This document shows, one piece after another, positions 55,995 through 64,000 of a DNA stretch of 64,000 bases. The DNA is from an uncultured Thermoleophilia bacterium (lineage in GTDB: Bacteria > Actinomycetota > Thermoleophilia > Gaiellales > Gaiellaceae). The stretch covers positions 31,608 through 95,607 of the forward strand of contig CAWCYR010000019.1 in NCBI GenBank assembly GCA_963799895.1, given 5' to 3'. Below the pieces are notes generated by a model, which saw only the letters and a list, made by a program, of their open reading frames with translations, had not been told where the DNA came from and ran no database searches. Position 1 is the stretch's first letter. Each line of letters begins with the position of its first letter. The position numbers were made by a program, and so were the translations under genes.

Positions 55995-56559
55995 GTGGAG
56001 CTGCCCTCACAGGCGGCCTGGGAGCAGTGGCTCGAGGAGCACCACGCGGACGCCCGCGGCGTCTGGCTGAAGTTCGCCAAGAAGGAGACCGGCGTCGCCA
56101 CCGTCAACTACGCCGAGGCGCTCGAGGTCGCGCTCTGCTTCGGCTGGATCGACGGCCAGGTCGCGCGGCTTCGACGACGACGCTACTACCTGCAGCGCTT
56201 CACGCCGCGCGACGAAGCGCAGCAAGTGGTCGAAGATCAACCGCGAGCAAGTCGCCCGCGCTGACGAAGGCGGGGCGCGATGCGGCCGGCCGGGCTCGCG
56301 GCGGTCGAGGCCGCGCAGGCGCGACGGCCGCTGGGACGCCGCCTACGACTCGCCGAGCCGATCACCGTGCCCGGACGACCTCCAGGCAGCGCTCGACGCC
56401 AATCCGAAGGCGCTCGCGTTCTTCGAGCAGCTCGACAGCCAGAACCGCTACGCGGTCCTCTACCGCACGCAGGATGCGAAGCGGCCGGAGACGCGCGCGC
56501 GTCGGATCGCGAACTTCGTCGAGATGCTCGGGCAGGGCCGGAAGCCGCTCGACAGATAG
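55995..56559 (+). pseudogene. YdeI/OmpD-associated (bacteriocin-protection) family gene with many frame changes
   Basis: Pieces spread over all three frames: ELPSQAAWEQWLEEHHADARGVWLKFAKKETGVATVNYAEALEVALCFGWIDGQ; RYYLQRFTPR; KRSKWSKINREQVAR; MRPAGLAAVEAAQA; DGRWDAAYDSPS; PDDLQAALDANPKALAFFEQLDSQNRYAVLYRTQDAKRPETRARRIANFVEMLGQGRKPLDR*. Confidence 0.65.
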
Positions 56560-56584
56560 TTGCGCGATCAAGTATACTGATGAC

Positions 56585-57125
56585 ATGAGCGAAGCAACCG
56601 TCACGCCTGTGGGGCAGGCCGAGCGGCCGATCGACCCGCGCGTCGACATCGGCCACGTCCACCTGAAGACGGCCGACATCGAGCGGGTCCGCGACTTCTA
56701 CGTCGGCATCCTCGGGTTCGACGTCGTCGTCGCAGATGGGCGACCAGGCGCTCTTCCTCTCGGCCGGCGGCTACCACCACCACCTCGGCTTCAACACGTG
56801 GGAGTCGAAGGGCGGCTCGCCGCCTCCGCCGGGAACGACGGGCCTCTACCACGTCGCCATCCGCTACCCGACGCGCGAGGCGCTCGCCGACGCGCTCGGC
56901 CGGCTCACGCGCGCCAACTGGCCGCTCGACGGCGCCAACGACCACGGCACGCACGAGGCGCTCTACCTCCGCGACCCGGACGGCAACGGCCTCGAGCTGG
57001 CGTGGGACCGCGACCCGTCCGAGTGGCCGCTCGACGCCGAGGGCCACCTCCGGTTCGACCGCGGGGCGGACGTGAACCGGATGCTGGCCGAGCTGCTCGA
57101 GCTCTCCGGCGGGCGCGGCGCATAG
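56585..57125 (+). CDS. VOC family protein (catechol-dioxygenase/glyoxalase-like), one frame change near 56733
   Basis: ATG 56585. MSEATVTPVGQAERPIDPRVDIGHVHLKTADIERVRDFYVGILGFDVVV continues as GDQALFLSAGGYHHHLGFNTWES...LYLRDPDGNGLELAWD in ORF 56736..57125. Confidence 0.7.
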
Positions 57126-57141
57126 CATTCTGCCGTGGCCC

Positions 57142-57684
57142 GTGCCGCGGCGGCTGCTCATAGGCTCTCTCGCCCTGCTCGCCGCTGCCTGCGGCGGCTC
57201 GGGCGGCAGCTCGAGCGGCGGAACGCTCTCCGGCGCATCGACCGACGCGCTCACGTCCACGTCGAACGCCGACTTCTACGCCCTCATGAAAGACCTCGCG
57301 GTCGGCCGCCACGCCGGCTACGACCGCGTGACCTTCACCTTCGACAACTTCGTGCCCGGCTACGTGATCTCGTACGTCGATCCGCCGATCAAGGAGGACG
57401 GGTCCGGCAGAACCGTGAACGTCGCCGGCTCCGACTACGTGCAGGTGCTGATGCAGCCGGCCTCCGGTTTCGACCTCAACAGCGGCGAGGGCGTGATGGT
57501 CTACAAGGGGCCGAGGCGCATCTCCGGCGCCGATGCGGGCACCTCGGTCGTGAAGGACGTCGTCCGCACGGGCGACTTCGAGTCGGTGCTGACCTGGACG
57601 ATCGGGCTGGCCGACAAGGTCGGCTACAAGCTGCAGAAGCTCGAGTCGCCGCCACGCCTCGTCATCGACTTCGACAGCGGCTGA
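57142..57684 (+). CDS. Hypothetical lipoprotein
   Basis: MPRRLLIGSLALLAAACGG... (lipobox L-A-A-C). 180 aa, intact. Confidence 0.7.
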   Translation: MPRRLLIGSLALLAAACGGSGGSSSGGTLSGASTDALTSTSNADFYALMKDLAVGRHAGYDRVTFTFDNFVPGYVISYVDPPIKEDGSGRTVNVAGSDYVQVLMQPASGFDLNSGEGVMVYKGPRRISGADAGTSVVKDVVRTGDFESVLTWTIGLADKVGYKLQKLESPPRLVIDFDSG

Positions 57685-57705
57685 GCAGCCAGGCACCCTG
57701 TCCGG

Positions 57706-58551
57706 GTGCCCGAGCGGACGCACGCGGAGCGGATGGCCAGTCGCGACGGCTACTTCCCGCCCGAGAGCCTGATCCGCCGGCTCGGCAACTCGCCGGTCGT
57801 CCCCTTCCTCGGCGGCGGGCCGGCCGTGCTGCTCCAGGTCGCACATCCGCTCGTCGCCGCCGGCGTGACGCAGCACTCCGACTACCGCGACGACCTGTGG
57901 CGGCGGCTGCTGCGCACGCTGCGCGCTGTCTACCTGATGGCGTACGGGACGAAGCAGGAGGCGGAGTGGGCCGGGGAGGCCGTCCAGCGCGTGCACGCGC
58001 GTGTGCACGGGACCCTGGCGGAGGCCGCCGGGCCGTTCCCGGCTGGAGCGCCGTACCGGGCGGACGACCCGGCGCTGATGCTCTGGGTGCACGCCACGCT
58101 CGTGCACTCGTCGCTCGCCGTGTTCACGCGCTTCGTCGTCCGGCTCGACGCCGCGGAGGAGGAGCGCTACTACCGCGAGATGGCGGTCGTCGCGAAGCTG
58201 TTTGGGGTGCCGGACGGCGTGCTGCCCGCGACCCTCGGCGAATTCCGCGAGTACGTGGGCGAGCTGCTCGGCGGGCCGGAGCTCGTGGTGACGCCGCCCG
58301 CGCGCGATGTCGCCCGGGTCATCCTGGACGCACCGCTGCCCGCGCCCATGCGCGTGCTCGTGCCGGCGCACCGGCTCTCGACGGCATGCCTGGTCGGCCC
58401 GTCCCTGCGCGCCGGCTACGGCCTGCGCTGGAGCCCGGTGCACGATGCGGCGCTTGCCGTCGCCGCGCGCTCGGTACGCCTGACCGCGTGGCCGGTGCTG
58501 AAGGCGGCCGCACGCTTCGCGCCGACGGGGCCGGCTCTGGCGAGAGCCTAG
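57706..58551 (+). CDS. DUF2236 / MpaB-type oxygenase family protein
   Basis: ...GGGPAVLLQVAHPLVAAGVTQHSDYRDDLWRRLLRTLRAVYLMAYGTKQEAEWAGEAVQRVHARVHG... is typical of DUF2236. Confidence 0.7.
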   Translation: MPERTHAERMASRDGYFPPESLIRRLGNSPVVPFLGGGPAVLLQVAHPLVAAGVTQHSDYRDDLWRRLLRTLRAVYLMAYGTKQEAEWAGEAVQRVHARVHGTLAEAAGPFPAGAPYRADDPALMLWVHATLVHSSLAVFTRFVVRLDAAEEERYYREMAVVAKLFGVPDGVLPATLGEFREYVGELLGGPELVVTPPARDVARVILDAPLPAPMRVLVPAHRLSTACLVGPSLRAGYGLRWSPVHDAALAVAARSVRLTAWPVLKAAARFAPTGPALARA

Positions 58552-58896
58552 GCGGGCTGCCGCGCCGGCAGCCAGACGCGGAAGTCCGCACCGCCGCCCG
58601 GGCCGTCTTCCACCCAGGCGCGCCCGCCGTGCAGCGCCGCGAACTGCGCGACGAGCGACAGGCCGATGCCCGTTCCCGGCGCCTCGGTGCCGTTCGCGCG
58701 CGTGAAGAGCTCGAAGACGGCCTCGCGGCTCTCCGGCGGCACGCCGGGGCCGCTGTCGGCGACGGCGAGCTGACGCCCTCGCCGGCCGGCGCCACACGGA
58801 CGAGGATCCGAGCATGACGACGATCAGGACGATCGCCTGTCCGCGCTCGCGGTCGGGGCGGTCGGCGGGGGTCTGGGGGCGTGAAAGCGCGGGCAT
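58548..58896 (-). pseudogene. Histidine-kinase HATPase_c C-terminal fragment behind an unrelated short N-terminus (chimeric remnant)
   Basis: RILVRVAPAGEG, then (after a frame change) RQLAVADSGPGVPPESREAVFELFTRANGTEAPGTGIGLSLVAQFAALHGGRAWVEDGPGGGADFRVWLP*, which carries the G1 and G2 boxes. There is no HisKA/DHp, sensor domain or N-box region. The upstream ATG 58896 encodes MPALSRPQTPADRPDRERGQAIVLIVVMLGS. Confidence 0.6.
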
Positions 58897-58999
58897 CAGG
58901 TGAGGTGGTCGGCGGCCGCACGCCGAGAAGCTCCTGGTCGGTGGTGGCCCCAGCATCGGCCCCCTGAACCGGCCCGTTCGGCCCTCCCTCCAGTGACCT

Positions 59000-60586
59000 T
59001 CAGAGATCCAGGCGCTCCTCCTCGAGATCGAGATCGCGGATCACTCGGCGTGCGACGGAGTCGTCGATCGTGCCGCCCTGGCGCAGGCCGACCACGGCCT
59101 CCCGCTCGGCGGAGAGGAGCTCGCGGCGCAGGCGCTGGTACTGGGCCGAGCGCGCCTCGCGCGCGCCGTCGGTCTCGGGGTCGAAGCGGTCCTTGTAGCG
59201 GTCGACGCGGAAGCTGTACTGCCCGCGGGCGCGCTCGATCGTGTCGTCGTACGCCCAGCCTTCCTCGGCGATCTCGTCGAGGCGCTCGAGGGCCGCCTGT
59301 GCTGCGCGGATGCGGGCCTTCGCCTCCTCCTTCTCGGCGAGCCGGGTGTCGTCCTCGAGGCCCACGAGCCGGATCACGGCCGGGAACGTCAGGCCCTGGC
59401 CGACGAGGGTGCCGAGGATCACGGTGAAGGTCAGGAAGATGACGAGTGCGCGGTTCGGGAACGCCTCGTGCGCGTCCGTCGTCAGCGGTAGCGCGAGCGC
59501 CGCCGCGAGCGACACCGCGCCACGCATCCCGGACCACGCGAGGATGACGTTCGATCGCCAGCTGCCGGCGCCGTCGCCCGGCCGCATCGGTCGCGGCAGC
59601 CACGAGGTCAAGAAGAGCCAGGCGAAGCGGATCGCGATCACCGTGAGCGTGAGCACCGCGCCCCAGGCGACCAGGTCCTCCCAGGAGCGCAGGCCCTTGA
59701 GCGCATCGACGATGCCCGGCAGCTGGAGGCCGACCAGCGTGAAGAGCACGACGTTGAGGATGAAGAGCGTGATGTCCCAGACGGCGGCGCCCTGCAGGCG
59801 CGTCTGCGCCGTCGTCAGCTCGGGCGTGTACCAGCCCATGTAGACGCCGATCGTGACCGCGGCGAGCACGCCGGATACCCCGGCCGCCTGGGCGGGCAGA
59901 TAGGCGATGTAGCCGCTGCAGAGTGCGATCGCGAGCTCGAGCGGGGGATTGTCGAGCCGCCTGCGCACGCGCCGCACCACGTAGCCCGCGGCGAGTCCGA
60001 TCGCGACTCCGCCGACGACGTTGAAGAGGAAGCGGGCGGGCGCTGTGACCAGTGAGAACGAGCCGGTGACGACGGCGGCCACGGCGAACCGGTACGCCAC
60101 CAGCGCGGTGCCGTCGTTCACGAGGCTCTCGCCGTCGATGATCCCGACGAGGCGCCGGGGGAGACCGACGCGTTCGGCGATCGAGGTCGCAGCGGTCGGG
60201 TCGGTCGGCGACACGATCGCGCCGAGCACGAACGCGGTCGGCCAGTCGAGCCCGGGAATCATCGCGTGTGCGACGGCGGCGACGACCACCGTCGTCGCGA
60301 GCACCAGTCCGACGGCGAGCAAGGAGATCTCCGCGATGTTCGCGCGCACCTCGCGGAGCGAGGTGAAGTACGCGCCCGCGTACAACAGCGGCGGCAGGAT
60401 CGCGACGAGCACGAGCCGCGGATCGAGCGTGACGGTCGGCATGCCCGGGATGAACGCGAGCGCGAGCCCGCCCAGGACAAGGAGGATCGGGTACGGGACG
60501 CGCAGCGTCTCGGCGGTCGCCAGCAGTGCGACGGCCGCCACGAGCACGCCGACGAGGATCAGGCTGTCCTGCGCGGAGAGCTCCAC
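59000..60586 (-). CDS. CPA1-family Na+/H+ antiporter (NhaP-type)
   Basis: 528-aa intact ORF. ...FVLGAIVSPTDPTAATSIAERVGLPRRLVGIIDGESLVNDGTALVAYRFAV..., about 12 TMs, and a cytoplasmic helical tail. Confidence 0.85.
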   Translation of the reverse strand: MELSAQDSLILVGVLVAAVALLATAETLRVPYPILLVLGGLALAFIPGMPTVTLDPRLVLVAILPPLLYAGAYFTSLREVRANIAEISLLAVGLVLATTVVVAAVAHAMIPGLDWPTAFVLGAIVSPTDPTAATSIAERVGLPRRLVGIIDGESLVNDGTALVAYRFAVAAVVTGSFSLVTAPARFLFNVVGGVAIGLAAGYVVRRVRRRLDNPPLELAIALCSGYIAYLPAQAAGVSGVLAAVTIGVYMGWYTPELTTAQTRLQGAAVWDITLFILNVVLFTLVGLQLPGIVDALKGLRSWEDLVAWGAVLTLTVIAIRFAWLFLTSWLPRPMRPGDGAGSWRSNVILAWSGMRGAVSLAAALALPLTTDAHEAFPNRALVIFLTFTVILGTLVGQGLTFPAVIRLVGLEDDTRLAEKEEAKARIRAAQAALERLDEIAEEGWAYDDTIERARGQYSFRVDRYKDRFDPETDGAREARSAQYQRLRRELLSAEREAVVGLRQGGTIDDSVARRVIRDLDLEEERLDL

Positions 60587-60653
60587 CCGAGGATTCTGCC
60601 GGGCGCCGGGTAGGGTCGCGGCGGGATCGCAGAGCGCCGAGAGGGAGGGTCAG

Positions 60654-61513
60654 ATGAGCACCGCAACACCCACCGTCACCGAGCACGAGGCCGAGCAGGT
60701 CGCGCGCGCGAACCAGTCCGCCAAGCAGCCGGTCGTCTTCGTCCACGGGCTCTGGCTGCTGCCGAGCAGCTGGGACCGCTGGGCCGAGGTCTTCGAGCAG
60801 GCCGGCTACGCCGCTGTCCAGCCCGGGTGGCCGGACGATCCGGAGACCGTCGCGGAGGCGAAGGAGCATCCGGAGGTGTTCGCGGGCAAGGGTGTCGGCG
60901 AGGTAGCCGATCACTTCGCCGAGGTGATCGGTGGGCTCGACCACAAGCCGGCCGTGATCGGCCACTCGTTCGGCGGGCTGCTCGCGCAGATCCTCGCCGG
61001 CCGGGGGCTCTCGTCCGCGGCGGTCGCGATCGACCCGGCGCCCTTCCAGGGTGTGCTGCCGCTGCCGATCTCCGCGCTGCGCGCGGCGTCGCCCGTGCTG
61101 CGCAATCCGGCCAACTGGTCCCGCGCCGTCCCGCTCACGTACGAGCAGTTCCGCTACTCGTTCGCGAACGCCGTCAGCGAGCAGGAGGCGAAGGAGCTCT
61201 ACGAGACGTTCGCCGTGCCCGCTCCCGGCCAGCCGCTCTTCCAGGCGGCGGTCGCGAACTTCAACCCGTGGGCCGAGACGAAGGTCGACACGGAGAACCC
61301 GGATCGCGGCCCGCTGCTGATCATCTCGGGCGAGAAGGACCACACGGTGCCGCACGCGATCGCCAACGCGTCCTTCAAGAAGCAGGAGCGCAACCGGGCG
61401 TCACGGAGTTCACCGAGATCCCCGGCCGCGGCCACGCGCTGGTCATCGACAACGGCTGGCGCGAGGTGGCGCAAACAGCACTCGACTTCGTCGAGCGCTT
61501 CGACAAGGCCTGA
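60654..61513 (+). CDS. Alpha/beta hydrolase, one frame change near 61395
   Basis: GAGGGAGGG precedes ATG 60654. PVVFVHGLWL, nucleophile elbow GHSFGG. After ...ASFKKQERN the protein continues as PGVTEFTEIPGRGHALVIDNGWREVAQTALDFVERFDKA* in the frame of ORF 60827..61513. Confidence 0.75.
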
Positions 61514-61556
61514 CCCGGGCAGCCCTTCGTCAACGAGCCGCCCCTGTGGACAGACA

Positions 61557-61579
61557 GTTCCATGGACTGTCCATGGAAC
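61557..61579. repeat. 23-bp perfect palindrome GTTCCATGGAC-T-GTCCATGGAAC in a convergent intergenic region
   Basis: The left arm 61557-61567 is the exact reverse complement of the right arm 61569-61579. A related GACTGTCCAT is at 61648-61657 and ACAGTTCC occurs at 61554 and 61589. Confidence 0.8.
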
Positions 61580-61703
61580 GGGACCGTCACAGTTCCGGCG
61601 CCGCGCACCCGGCGGGGCGCCGGGCGCGTGACGCTTTCGACACAGCGACTGTCCATACGAGGAGGCGCAACGATTTCTCCCCGGCAGGGGTCCTGCGGCC
61701 GGG

Positions 61704-64000
<2,297 letters not shown>

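Noticed and set aside
55409-57163. 584-aa plus-strand ORF running from inside greA to the VOC gene
   Set aside because: It is a composite: short stretches coincide with real frames of the YdeI-like and VOC genes, and the rest is Arg/Ser/Ala-rich read-through. It is not a single gene.
58896-61355. 819-aa minus-strand ORF overlapping the antiporter and hydrolase genes
   Set aside because: Out of frame with the convincing 528-aa antiporter ORF (59000..60586) and antisense to the hydrolase. The composition is Arg/Pro/Gly noise.

Overview
High-GC (roughly 70% by eye) chromosomal segment that looks actinobacterial. This call rests on the prfB-ftsE-ftsX-smpB gene order and on the protein families present.

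Layout:
(1) 1-6.5 kb is a conserved housekeeping block: secA 3' end, prfB with the classical CTT TGA C +1 recoding site, ftsE, ftsX, an RNase R/II-family gene and smpB.
(2) 6.5-26.1 kb is an accessory block lying between smpB and the tmRNA gene. It holds a tandem-cyclase STAND ATPase/TPR protein and a ~12.6 kb giant secreted multidomain protein locus. That locus carries two CSLREA-type beta-helix modules, about twenty ALGGI pentapeptide units, a PPC domain, a gingipain-like Cys-peptidase-like domain, Ig-like domains and a TolB-type PD40 propeller. A six-module Cys-containing repeat protein and a lipoprotein follow.
(3) ssrA (tmRNA) is at 26111-26478. It is followed by three further copies of its own 3' end, one perfect and two degenerate. 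These delimit tiny gene islets with no integrase, inside a visibly lower-GC stretch that runs to a 5'-truncated CDF transporter gene at about 31.16 kb.
(4) 31-64 kb is a mixed set of regulatory, transport and metabolic genes. It includes a second cyclase-STAND protein, two minimal K+ channels, three MFS pumps, paaK, an HD-GYP/LuxR regulator, an LLM oxidoreductase, a cysteine-synthase-like gene, greA, a Na+/H+ antiporter and uppP.

Main caveat: at least 20 genes are interrupted by frame changes. These are strongly clustered, very dense at 14.4-17.0 kb and 54.2-56.8 kb, and absent from several 5-6 kb stretches. From the sequence alone I cannot tell gene decay from patchy assembly or consensus error. 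A frameshift in greA and several shifts at homopolymer runs favour error for at least part of them.

I recognised no rRNA, complete tRNA, CRISPR array, transposase or integrase. All coordinates for frame-change positions and domain borders are approximate (+/- ~10 nt).
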